Positions 25,100 to 37,006 of a DNA stretch of 64,000 nt are shown piece after piece. Made by a program: the position numbers and the translations under genes. Source of the DNA: Felis catus (taxonomy: Eukaryota); assembly GCF_018350175.1 (NCBI RefSeq), contig NC_058368.1:114268001-114332000 (forward strand). Reading direction: 5' to 3'. The notes below the pieces were generated by a model. The model did no database searches and was not told where the DNA came from. It saw nothing but the letters and a program-made list of their open reading frames with translations. Each line of letters begins with the position of its first letter. Position 1 is the stretch's first letter.

Positions 25100-25900
25100 G
25101 CACACCCGCTCACGCGCATTGCAGCGACTGAAAAATCGAAGACTGCCACACCCCCCCACCCCCCCTCAAGCAGCCCGGGCAAGGCTTCATCTCTTCAAGC
25201 TCGAGCAGAAAGGGGGCCCGCTCTACGTACTAGCCCATCTTCAGGGCACCTCTCCCAGCCTGGGCACCCCAACAAGCAACGCCCTTGAGCACCGCGCGGG
25301 TGGTACTATGCGCTGGGGGGCGCAGAGGGGGGAGGGCCGCGGCCCTGGGCGACCCGCGCATGCGCAGATAATGGTACCCGTCCGTTCACCTACCGTTGGA
25401 ACCGCGACGCCCCGTCCCCCGGCCGCGGCCGCTTCTCCAGGACCTGCGGCGACGGCAATAGAGCGAGAACTGAGTCCCCGGGTGGCTCCGCGGCCGGCGA
25501 GCCTCCTCCTGTGGCGGCCGCTGGCGGGACGCTGAAGCGACGGCTGCGGCGCGGGGCCAGCCCGGTAAGCGACCCCCGGATGCCCCCGGCGGTGGCGGCG
25601 GCGAAGACGTGGAAGAGGGGGCAGGAGCGGTGACTGAAGCAGTGGCTGAGGAGCAGACCCTCCCTAACGGCGAGCGGGAGGAGAGCGGAGGGCGGAGGGC
25701 GGGCGGGGGACGGACCGGACGTGACGTGCGTGGGAGGGGGCGGGGCGGGCCCGCTTACAGAGGCTGGGCGAGCGCGCCTCGATTGGGGCTTCCCCAAAGC
25801 TTCTGGCCACAGCCCGGGAGTCTGCGTGCTCTGGAGTTAACCTCCTCCCGCCCCAAACTTGGGCCCCTGAGTTAGGGTGCGAGAAGCCGGGCGCGGGCCT
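25100..25900. promoter_or_regulatory. CpG island / TATA-less promoter of FAM13B, probably bidirectional
   Basis: Abrupt high GC and CpG density. Sp/KLF GC boxes GGGGCGGGGC at 25736-25749, CRE/ATF-like TGACGT at 25722-25727, CCAAT (minus) at 25782-25786, NRF1 palindrome GCGCATGCGC at 25356-25365. Confidence 0.9.
25394..25680 (-). other. FAM13B: FAM13B non-coding exon 1 (TSS approximate)
   Basis: Donor ACG|gtaggt at 25394/25393 inside the only CpG island upstream of exon 2. GC boxes and CCAAT lie just upstream on the minus strand. No minus-strand ATG in the exon. Confidence 0.7.
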
Positions 25901-27412
25901 GAGGGAGGTATTTGGGGTCCTCAGTTTGAGGAGGTTGGAAAGAAGATAGAAGAAAAAACTGGAAGACCGACGTTTCCCCTGGTCTCTGCAGAGGGGGCCA
26001 TGCCTTCCTGCAGAAGACTAGAAAAACCCGGGTGCTCTTATCCAGGTGAGGAGCACGGAGACCTTAACAGAAAACCGCCAAGCAGGCCGAAGCAGTGACT
26101 CAACGTTCCCATTCCCAGCTTTGGGGGTCAGATCCGGAACCCTGCCCGCCCGCCACCCTTCCTCTTCACTTAAGGACATGCCCCAGACTCCAGAGAGAAC
26201 ATATATGCCTCTGGTGCTGAAACCATCGGGGAATATGAAAGTTAATAGGCTACATGTTCACAGAGAGTTTGCTACACTAAACCAGTTTCAAAGGCAGAGC
26301 TGCAAGGAGGCATAAAGAATGAGGCGCCCTCTGAGTCTAGGGAGTCGTTACTTCTCGCATAGCCACCCAGACCGACCCGGCAGCTCCCACGAGCTCACAA
26401 AGGTGTGAATATTCAGCCAATCTCTTCTTTGCTTTAGTGTGTTAAATAAAGGCTTTGGCATCTTCCATTGAGTAAAACGCAATGTTCTGCTTTTGTACCC
26501 CTGGATGACGGGTAAAGCCACACCTGCAAAAAGAAGTCTGGTTTTCTGTAAAAATACAAATGACCACAATTCGGTTGTCTCCTGCTTGCCTGAGGTGCAA
26601 GTTAGTAACCCAGAAAATGTAAAACAAGAAGCCTCTTAGAACTTGCAACAAATTTTTTTTAAAAAAGAAAAAAAAGTCACCATGTGAGATGATCTGTAAA
26701 TGTGTTACAGAGGCCAGAGTAGCTCCCAGATTTCATCAGTGAAATAAGTCATCTGTACCTTCAGTGTCACATGCCTAGTTGATGCTGTCATAAAGGAAGG
26801 GTGGGGTCCATAAAGAATCTAGAACCAGCAGAATCTGAATAAGAATGTATTGTGGGCTTCCACTCTGTCCAGGAGAGAGGCTACTGATTCTAATGACCAG
26901 GATCAATACCTATTATCAGGATAGGTAAAAGTTCAATTCAAATTCAATCCCTCACTCAGTAAATACCCACTGAATGCTTACTGTGTTCTAGTCTTTCAAT
27001 ACTTACAGCAAATAAGATCTCTGCCTTTATTGAGTTTATATACTAGCAAAGTTAAATTCTGGATATCCCTTAAGAACATGCAAAGACCCATACTCTGAAT
27101 TAGTCTTCCCATCACTTAAGGGGTCTTAAGTAAATAAACCCGCTGAGAAACAATTGTCCAAGACAATGGACATGACTGGTACTAGTTAAACTAGTTGTAT
27201 ATACTCTTTCTCAATTAATAAATTCACCTGAGGGTTATAAATCAGCTTCTGTTCACTGGGTTGAGTTATAAAGTTGTTTTATCCGAATTAATTTCGCAGA
27301 GCCTAATTAGGCTTAAATGAAGTGAAATGTAAGTTTCTGAATCTTGCCAAACTGAGGACCAGATAGGCCCCAGTTCCACAGCAGCCCAATCAAGATGCAG
27401 CCTATGCATTCA

Positions 27413-28269
27413 TGGGGTGCCTGGGTAGCTCAGTCAGTTAAGCGGCCAGCATGGGCTCAGGTCATGATCTTGCAGTCCTCAGATTTGAGCCCTGCATCAG
27501 GCTCTGTGCTGACAGCTCAGAGCCTGGAGCCTGCTTCAGGTTCTCTGTCCGCCCTCCATCTCTCTCAAAAATAAACAAACATTTAAAAAAAAAAAAAAAG
27601 ATGCAGCCTATGCATTCAGCCTTGCATCTTTCTTTGAACATCTTAAATGGAAGCTTTACTTGTGGTTACATCCTTGAAGAACAGGGGCAACATGATTGCT
27701 TCTAAAGCTTAATCGTAAGCAAGTAAAATAGAGTAAATTATTAGAGTAAAAACTTTCTTGTACCTGTCCTGCCTATGCAACACAGGCTCTTGTTGACATA
27801 ACTGACTGTAATAGGGACATTACTCTCCAGTATGAAACCCAAGACTGTAGGCTCCCAGAGGACAGAGATTGCCTTGCACCCACTCCCAAAGTATGGGCTC
27901 CCAAAAACACGAATTAATTTGATGACCATTTTCCCCTGTAAAACTCAAAAACATGTCTTTGGAAGATATCTTTTCCAGATCCTACTTTATAACATGTAAC
28001 CAGTGTTATATGTGACCAGTATGAATCTATGCAAGATTCAGGAGTATCATTTTAAAAAAAAACAAAACAAGGGGTGCCTGGGTGACTCAGTTGGTTAAGC
28101 ATCGACTTTGGCAGAGGTCCTGATCTCACAGTTTGTGAGTTCGAGCCCCAAGTTGGGCTCTGTGCTGACAGCTCAGAGCCTGGAGCCTGCTTCAGATTCT
28201 GTGTCTCCCTTTTTCTCTGCCCCTCCCCTGCTCACACTCTGTCTCTCTCTGTCAAAAATAAATAAACAT

Positions 28270-28322
<53 letters not shown>

Positions 28323-28792
28323 CAAGGGGCACCTGACTGGCTCAGTCAGTTAAGCATCTGACTTGGGCTCAGGTCATGATCTCGTGGTTTGTGGGTTCAA
28401 GCCCCGGGTTGGGCTCTGTGCTGACAGCTTGGAGCCTGGAGCCTGCTTCAGATTCTGTGTCTCCTTCTCTCTCTGCCCCTTCCCCGCTCACAGTGTCTTT
28501 CTCAAAAATACACATTAAAAATTTTTTTAAACAAAAATTTAAGAAATGAAACAAAACCCCTTTATTTTCATCTTTCACCATCCCTTTAAACCTGGGCAGT
28601 GGAAGTACATTTATTATATACTTGGTTCAGGCGGGTTCCTTGGGTTCCATGGTCCCTCTTAGGAATAGAAAATTCCTAGGGTGTTTGAGGGGTTCCTGCC
28701 TAGCTCAATCTATAGACTATATGACTCTTGATCTTGGGGTCGTGATTTTAAGTGCCATGTGGGAATAGAGCTTACTTTAAAAAAAAAAAAAA
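27413..28792 (+). mobile_element. Four plus-strand Can-SINEs (27413, 28071, 28326, 28689) and a (CA)n at ~28272-28318
   Basis: SINE heads and tails; first copy has TSD aagatgcagcctatgcattca. Confidence 0.85.
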
Positions 28793-29376
28793 GTCCTAAG
28801 GTGTTTGAGTCACAAAAAATGACACTTTTTCCTTTTTTCCAGCTGGGGATTTCTCTCTCAATGTTTGCCCGAGAGAGGCATCATGCCTGGTCTTTCTTGT
28901 ATTACCTCAGCTTACCAACCAGAGGCAAAGGGAGGTGGAGAGAGGAAAAGTAAGGGGAGTGGGAAAGTTCTTAACTTTTACTTCCATGTGATGGTTTAAC
29001 ACTTGGGCATAGTAGATGTTTAAAGCCACCTTTTTTTTCCTGATGGATACTTGTACGGTTACTTTAGAAACCACCCGCATCCCCATCCTCTGGTGGTTAT
29101 CCACCCAGCAAAAGCACTCTGTTCTGACAGTTCTTTTACTTCCTCTTTCAGGCCCTAGCATTCTGGAGGCCCACTTCCAATTTCTTGTCTGTTGAAACTT
29201 GTTATGCTCTGTAAGAACTCTGTCTGATAGGATCTAAGATGGCTCTCACACTGGCCCATTTGCAAGTGACCCCAGGGCCACCCCATATAGTTATGCGTGG
29301 TGGTGCACTCCATACCCTAGGGAGTACCATTCCCACCATCCTTGCCAGAGATTTGTCTATTGATTTTGACAGTTTT

Positions 29377-29389
29377 CCAGCAGGTGGCA
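29377..29389 (+). promoter_or_regulatory. Candidate CTCF site (forward)
   Basis: CCAGCAGGTGGCA fits the CCASYAGRKGGCR core. Confidence 0.5.
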
Positions 29390-29989
29390 ATAAAGTGTTT
29401 TGTCCAAACTAAATTAGTGGGACTATTTTTCAATAGAAGGTATGAAGTGTCTGGATGAAAGAGAACTTCCTTCTCACGGTGCCACTTAGGCTAGCGGTGG
29501 CTCTGTATGGTCCACACTTGGTCTGCGTGAATCTCTCACGTACTCCTTGCCCAAACAAACTGGGGAGGACAGGCCAAACCCAGTGCAGTTTGGGCGTTCC
29601 TCTGCTCTTCCACCAAAACAGCTGCCAGCCCCTCTCAGCTCCTCTCTATTTTCCAGGCAGGAATCAGACACAGGTCCACTGTGCCTCTCTAACTACAAGA
29701 GGCACATCTCATGTCGTCTGAGTAGTTCCACTGAAGGTTCCTCTCCCTCAGCTTGAGGTAAAAGGAAGGCAGGCATCTGGTAAGAATCACAGCATACCAG
29801 CAACCGTCTCCAAAAAATTATTTTCACACTTGACCTTTTATACTTGTTGTATTTAGAGTTATCTACCTGATTCTGTCTAAACCCTTATTTCTAGGGGGAG
29901 TCCATTTCAGAACTCACTTTAGTGAGCTTTTTGGAGGGTAGGGGGAGTTGTTGGATTTTTTTCATAATATCCTGTTGCTTTGGTTAAAA

Positions 29990-30160
29990 CAATATTTCTC
30001 AACCAGGGATAATTTTTATGGCCATGTCTAGAGGCACTTCTATGAGCTCTCGGTGCTATTGGCATCTAGCAGGTAGAGGTCAAGGACACTGCTAAACATC
30101 CTACAATGCATAGGATAGCCCTCCCCACAACAAAGAATTATCTGACTGAAATGTAACATC
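29990..30160 (+). mobile_element. MER20-like hAT MITE
   Basis: tttctcaacc...tggcatctag..ggtagagg.caagga..ctgctaaacatcctacaatgca..ggatagcc. Confidence 0.8.
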
Positions 30161-31011
30161 TTGCAATAAATAGAATGTCTTCATTTGGTAGTCACTATAA
30201 GTAAGAAAACACCTCAAAATTACATCACTTATTTCCTTCCTTTTCCCTCCAAATGCTTTACCTATAGATGTAGAGGTTACATTTGAATATATAATTAGTG
30301 TCAAAACAGCATTTCAGATAGCTCTTTGGACCCGATGAGAAGTGATTGGTGTGTTGCTAAGACTTGCGCTGGAGGTAAACCCTGCCAGGAAAGTTATCAC
30401 TTCAGGTGAAACTTTGTACTTATTTCTGTGTGAGATGACTTTTATAGCCCAGGAAAACAAACACCTTACCCACCTGCTCTGAGCAGAGACTTTATCTCCC
30501 TCAGAAGTCAAGTCATATGTCAAATCACTATGGAAGAAATATACACTTCCTGCAACCCCAGAACACATTCTAGATGCCAGGGAGGACTTCAGCATGTCTG
30601 ACTCCCCAGGGTGACCAGTGTCACTGGGATAATACTGAAGTGAAGGAGTAGATCTCTGTAGTCACTTCACAACCGACACCCTTATTATTCAAAGAGAAAG
30701 CAAATGAATTTCTGTGCAACCCCACTATGGAATAGTCTGAATTCCCTCTTCTAGTTGTAGCAGGATGTTGAGCCCTTCTCTTGTGCCTTCAATAAGGAAA
30801 CTTTCATTATTTAAGTATCCTCTTCACCCTTAGTGATCTCATATCAGACCAAGGCTATTTGAGGACTAGCATATAGATGAACTTTTGTTCAATCAAGGCT
30901 GCTATTATCTTTTTTAATAGCATGCTCGTAAGAAACTGGAGCCATAGTAGTCAGCCAAAGCCAAAAAGACATATCCCATCCCCACTAACTTTATCACTTA
31001 AAAAGTAAAAT

Positions 31012-31240
31012 AGGGGCGCCTGGGTGGCGCAGTCGGTTAAGCGACCGACTTCAGCCAGGTCACGATCTCGCGGTCCGTGAGTTTGAGCCCCGCGTCGGGC
31101 TCTGGGCTGATGGCTCAGAGCCTGGAGCCTACTTCCGATTCTGTGTCTCCCTCTCTCTCTGCCCCTCCCCCGTTCATGCTCTGTCTCTCTCTGTCCCAAA
31201 AATAAATAAACGTTGAAAAAAAAAGTAAAAAAAAAAAAAA
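31012..31240 (+). mobile_element. Young felid SINE
   Basis: Consensus-like; TSD aaaaagtaaaata. Confidence 0.9.
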
Positions 31241-31554
31241 AGTAAAATAAACACAACAAACATTGAATACTTATGAATGTCAGACTTGGAATAAGAACAT
31301 AGAACCTATGGGGCACCTGGGTGGCTCAGTCGGTTAAGCATCTGACTTCGACTCAGGTCATGATCTCACCATTGGTGAGTCCAAGCCCCTCATCAGGCTC
31401 TGTGCTGACAGCCCAGAGCCTGGAGTTTGCTTCAGATTCTGTGTCTCCCTCTCTCTGCCCCTCCCTTGCTCACACTGTGTCTCTTTATCTCTCTCAAAAA
31501 TAAATAAACATTAAAAAAAATTTTTTAGAGAACACTGAACTTACAATAAGAAAA

Positions 31555-31700
31555 CCTGTATTTGAGTTCTAGCCCTTTCACTTAGTAGCCATGTGACTCT
31601 GGGCAAGGTGCTTAACCTAAATGCACATTAGAGTCCCCATTAGTAAAATAGGAAAAGTAATACTGAACGAATTGGTATACATAAAAGTGTTTTATAAGCT
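31555..31700 (+). mobile_element. MIR fragment
   Basis: cacttagtagccatgtgactctgggcaag...cttaacct...gtaaaatagg MIR core. Confidence 0.65.
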
Positions 31701-33154
31701 CTGTACTCCAATTTTTCACTCTTCTCTCCTGTGCTGCTTTCAGAGACCTAAAGAAGTCTCTGGAGATGTTTTGCCACCATCTGGGTTTTTATTGCTAGTG
31801 ATGAGCCCCATGTGGAAGTCTTTTTTGGCAGAAGTTGCTAAATACTTGTAAATCTATTTTTAAATGAAAACCAACAACCACTAAGAGCCTCCAAACTCTT
31901 GGGGCTATTTAAGTTTTTTGTTTTTTGTTTTTGTTTTTGTTTTTGTTTTTGTTTTTGTTTTTGTTTTTTGAGAAAGAGTACACAAGCAGGAGAGAGGGGC
32001 AGATGGGGAGAGGGAGAGGAAGAGAGAGAGAGAGAGCGAGAGAGAGAGAGATAGAAAATCCCAAGCAGGCTCCATGCTCAGCACAGAGCCCAACTCAGGG
32101 CTCAATCCCATGACTCTGGGATCATGACCCAAACCAAAATCAAAAGTCAGATGTTCAACTGACTGAGCCACCCAGGCACCCCTGTTTTTAAGATATCTGA
32201 ACCTTGTGAATTGTAACACATATAAGCATACCTCCTCCCTAATAAGGAAGTATATTTACACTTCCCACTTATAGAATAAGACATATATATTGATAAGGAT
32301 GGGATATAGATGCAGTTTTATGTGCAGGAAAATCGACTGCCTAGAAGATGATGTTGTAACTACCCGGATTCCCACAAAGTAGCAAAATGCTACCTAATTC
32401 AATCAAACTCAGCTAGTTTTCTTTTTCTGGAAGTATTCCTGTATATTGGGGAAAAAGAAAGGACTAAAAACTAAACAAAATTAAAATTTTCTCATAAAGA
32501 AGCAACTCACCATTAGAGAGTGGTATTGCTGGCTCTTCTAAGGAATGCAGTGGAACCTATCTGGGCCACTTTCCCCAGGACCATTGTGCCAGTGTGCAAG
32601 AATGCATGTTCTTCATAAACAAACAAACAAAAAAAATTACTAGCTGCAAAGAGAAGAAAGTGTTCCAGGGTGTACAAATCCCACGCCAACATCCAAAATA
32701 ATGGCAAATACTGTTCTGATCTTAGCAACCCAAAGTAACCTTTGAGCCATTTATTTATTCAACACACATTTCTTGAGCAACTATTATGGCCCTGGTACTA
32801 TGTTAAGGGATATAATCATGATCTCTGCCCTAAAAAAGCTTTATCTTACATATCTCTGGAATAGAATGTTTTTGGAATAGAACCAAAGTTAACATAATGT
32901 TTATTTCAGCTTCCATATTCACTCACACAGCTACTGGTGCCATCCAGTTTGGGAAGCTAGAACAATTGACAGTGACTCTCATCTCTGCCAAGTACACATT
33001 TTTGGCCTGATCACTTGGAATTCAGTGTATGTCAATAATATAAGCCAATGAAATCATCAGCTATAAGGCTAACTTCTTTTGGCTTCTTGATTAAATTCCT
33101 ATAGTCAACTAGGTATTTTTTCCACAATCAGAACTTTTATTGTTTAAAAAAGGG

Positions 33155-33910
33155 GGATGGCGCCTGACTGGCTCTTTCAGTAGAGCATGTGATTCTTGAT
33201 CTTGGGGTCATGCATTACAGCCTCATGTTGCGGGTAGAGGTTACTTAAAAAGAAAAAAAAGATATTTGTTTTTCTTCTCCCCTCTTCCTACACCTGTGTA
33301 AGAGGGAAAAAAAAATTTGTAAGAAGAAAATAGCTTAGCTAAGGGTAGGGAATAAGGTTTTTATTTTATTCTAGTATTTTGTTTGTTTTGAGAGAGGTTG
33401 CAAGTGAGCGAGTGGCAGAGAGAGGGAGGGAGAGAAAGGAAGAGAGAAGTGGAGCTCACCCAATGCTGGGCTGGAACCCACGAACTGTGAGATCATGACC
33501 TGAGATGAAGTCAGATGCTTAGCCAACTGAGCCACCCAAGTGCCCCGATTCTATTTTATTTTATGTAGGCTCTGTGCCCAACATGGGGCTTGAACTCATG
33601 ACCCCAAGATTGAGAGTCGTACACTCCACCGACTGAGCCAGCCAGGCACCCCTCCATGTAAAGGAAACTTAAAAAGTCCTCAGAGGAGTGCCTGGGTGAC
33701 TCAGTTAAGCATCCAACTTCAGCTCAGGTCATGATCTCACAGTTCGTGGGGTTTGAGCCCCCCATTGGGCTTTGTGCTGACAGCTTGGAGCCTGGAGCCT
33801 GGAGCCTGCTTTCAGATTTGTGTCTCCCTCTCTCTCTGCCCCTCCCCCGCCCTTGCTCTCAAAAATAAATAAACATTAAAAAATAATAATAATAAAATAC
33901 AAAATAAAAA
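33155..33910. mobile_element. Cluster of four Can-SINEs (+,-,-,+)
   Basis: SINE heads and tails visible. Confidence 0.8.
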
Positions 33911-35295
33911 GTGCTCAGAGATTCAATGAGATTTTGACCTTCACGAAAGCATGGGCCTTCTGCTATCCCTTTGGCCAGAAATCCAGGTAAGAGGATCTTG
34001 CCATTCTGCATACCTTTCCTCTCCCTTAGAGGCCTGAGGTTTTTGGGTCCTCCTACCATTTGACCAGCCAGCCTCCTCAAATTCCTTTCATTAGGGCCAC
34101 ACCTTCCCTGGCAAACTAACAGCCCAAATACTTGCAGATTACACTCTATATACAACCATATTTTTGCCAAATACCTGACTGCTCTTTTCCACTAAAGACA
34201 AAGGTATAATGATTTACAGAAGCATCCGGTGTTTTTCCAGTCTCCCAGCTCATCAGAAGAGAAACTCTGAAGTATGAGGGCTCACATTCTTATTTCAGTC
34301 TTTCATAGTAAGAGAGAAACCAAACTGTACATGAGGGAGATGTATTATAGTTATTATGCAAGTGTGTTACTTCCCTTTTAGAGTAGGATACTACCTGTAT
34401 CCTAAATGAGTGTCTTACCAAAAACAAGTACCACAAAAACACTTGTGGAAAAATGAAATGGCCCTTAGTGTAAGCAAATTTGTTGCCTTTTAACAACAAA
34501 TTTTGCTATTTGTTTCTTCTTGTTTGTCTTATGTGTATTGTTTCCCTCCACCTGTAATACTTGGATAGTACATACTCATTCACACACTTGAAAATATTTA
34601 TTGAGCATGTAGTATATGCCAGGTACTGTGCCACATTCTGGAGACACAGCAGTGAACACACTAGACATGATTCCTGCCTTTTGGGGAACAGAGTGTAATT
34701 ATGTCAATAAGCCTAACTCCAGTTCAAGTGTCCTAAGTATCACCTTATCTGGGCAGCCTCTATGATCTCATCTAGTTGGATAAGGCATCCATATTCTCTG
34801 GGCCTCTGGTATCTTGTCCATAATTCACATTGGAGAATTCCCCAAACTAAGATCCCTGAAGGGCCACATCTTCAACTGGAGAACAAGAAAAAAGAACTTG
34901 ACCTACCAAAGGAAAGGGTAAGGAAATCTGTCTCCAACTTAATTGAGGATGGAGTAGATAAAAAGAAAACTCATCTCTAAGAATCTCTAAACAAGTTTAC
35001 AAGCATATTGAGGGACCCAGAATTTCACAATACTGGTGTGAACCAGAAAATCCTGAGCTGAAAACTATAAAGGTGATCATGTTAGTGCCCGCCCCCCTCC
35101 ATCCTGTACCTTGCATAAGCAAAAGTGAATCCTCTGGAAATCCTATAGGTAAGGTTCCAAGAAATATGACCTCATAATAAAGTATCACAAAAAAAAAAAA
35201 AACAAGGAAATAATGAACTTCAGAATAATATCGGCAATGACTGCAAGTATTCTAGTTATCAAATATGGAATATAAATAATGTATATGTGTGACAT

Positions 35296-35960
35296 TGTGA
35301 TATAATAAGAAATACATATTTGGTCTCTTTCCTGGTTCTTGGCACAGAGCTCCTAAAACCCTTGTAATTTTCTGAGTTATAGGGGTAAAAGGAGTATATT
35401 TCTTATTCATAACAAGCCCCTTTTTCCATCACACCTGAGTTCATGCTAATCAGTTGACTTAAAGAGGGCCCCTAGATAACCTCAGGATGGGGCTAATGCC
35501 AGAAAGACCAAAAGATTAGAGGGGTTAGAACTTGCAGCCCCACCTCTGACCTCCTAGGAAGGGAAGGAAGCTGGAGATTAAGCTCTATAAAAACTTGAAC
35601 AATAAGATTTAATGAGCTTCTGGGTTGGTGAATGCATCCATGGGCTCTGACAGTAGTATATCCCAAATTCCTCAGGGACAGAAGCTCTTAAGCTTAGGAA
35701 CCTGCTGCACCTGGCCCTACATACCTCTTCATCTGGTTATTCATTTGTATCCATTATAATATCCTTTATAATAAACGAGTAATAGAAAGTGAAGTGTTTC
35801 CCTGGGTTCTGTGAGCCATTATAGCATTATAGCAAATTACTGAACTTGAGGAGAGAATCATGGGAACATGATTTATAGCCAAGTCAGACAGGAGTGGGGG
35901 TAACCCAGGGACCCACTACCTGCAATTGGTATCTGAAGGTTGGGGGTGGGGGGAGGACAA
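35296..35960 (+). mobile_element. MER21-like LTR
   Basis: Begins tgtgatataataagaaatacatatttggtc...ggcacagagctcctaaaacccttg, as in MER21. Confidence 0.8.
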
Positions 35961-36789
35961 TCTTGTGTTTGTTTTGGAGTGATTAGATGTGAGATTGACT
36001 CAGACCACATTGCTGTCCTGGAAAAGCAAGGGGGTGGGCGTAGAGGGAGGTGCAGGAGCCATGGTAATGTGGACAGCTACTAAAAGCTAAAAAAGACAAG
36101 AAAACAGATTCTCTCCAGAGGCCCCCTAGAGCCTGGATTTTAGACTAGTGAGACACAATTGAGACTTTTGACATATAGAACTGTAAGATAATAAATTTGT
36201 GTTTTGTGTTTTTTTTTTTTTTTAAGAAAAATGACCTTATATCTTGGAATAATTTTAGGTTTATAGAAAAGTTGCAAAGATAACACAGAGAGTTCCCAGC
36301 TAGCTTAATCCTAGTACCTAATGCCTTAAAAAAAAAAAAAAAAAAAAAAAGACATTAGAGCAGCTTTAGGTTCACAGCAAAATTGAGAAGGTAGAGACTT
36401 CACAGATAATCTCTGCCCCAACATAGGAATTTGTATTTTTTAAGCCACTAAGTTTGTGGTAGTTTGTTAAAACAACAGTAAAAAACAAATACAAAGGCAA
36501 ATGATGTTTTGAGGAGGAAAAAAAGATGATGTACCATATAATACATATATACATACATATAATACATATATATACATGTATATATGGTAAACAAAATTGG
36601 CTTTATTAAATAATTCATGAATTGGGCAGCATCCCATCTACCAATTAGAAGGGAGCTCTGAGTTCAAAATGGAAGATTGTTATCTTCCATTGTTATCTTC
36701 AGCCTGGGAAAGGCTGAAATTGCAGTTAGGTTAGGTATTAAGTCTTGGCAGGACTAAGCACAGGTGACTCCACAGGCATGTTGTTTCTT

Positions 36790-37006
36790 TTTATTAAATT
36801 TTTTTTTCAACGTTTATTTATTTTTGGAAGAGAGACAGAGCATGAACGGGGGAGGGGCAGAGAGAGAGGGAGACACAGAATCGGAAACAGGCTCCAGGCT
36901 CTGAGCCATCAGCCCAGAGCCCGACGTGGGGCTCGAACTCACAGACCGCGAGATCGTGACCTGGCTGAAGTCGGACGCTTAACCGACTGCGCCACCCAGG
37001 CGCCCC
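36790..37006 (-). mobile_element. Young felid SINE
   Basis: Reverse-complement consensus; TSD catgttgtttcttttta. Confidence 0.9.

Noticed and set aside
25119..25875. 135-138 aa ORFs on both strands of the CpG island
   Set aside because: Non-ATG starts, Pro/Arg/Gly/Ala-rich, expected from stop-codon scarcity in GC-rich DNA.
27100..27315. Cluster of short palindromes (actagttaaactagt, gcctaattaggc)
   Set aside because: Stems of 6 bp or less in AT-rich DNA are expected by chance; possibly a decayed DNA transposon.
29152..29764. Scattered collinear motifs in one plus frame (RGG-x7-TIP, PLLF..FPGR, PQLE) resembling RETSAT from memory; EKEVLF resembling an ADP-ribosyltransferase motif on the minus strand
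   Set aside because: Would need several ~20-aa gaps, and I found similar short matches elsewhere by chance. Not supportable without TBLASTN, which would settle it.
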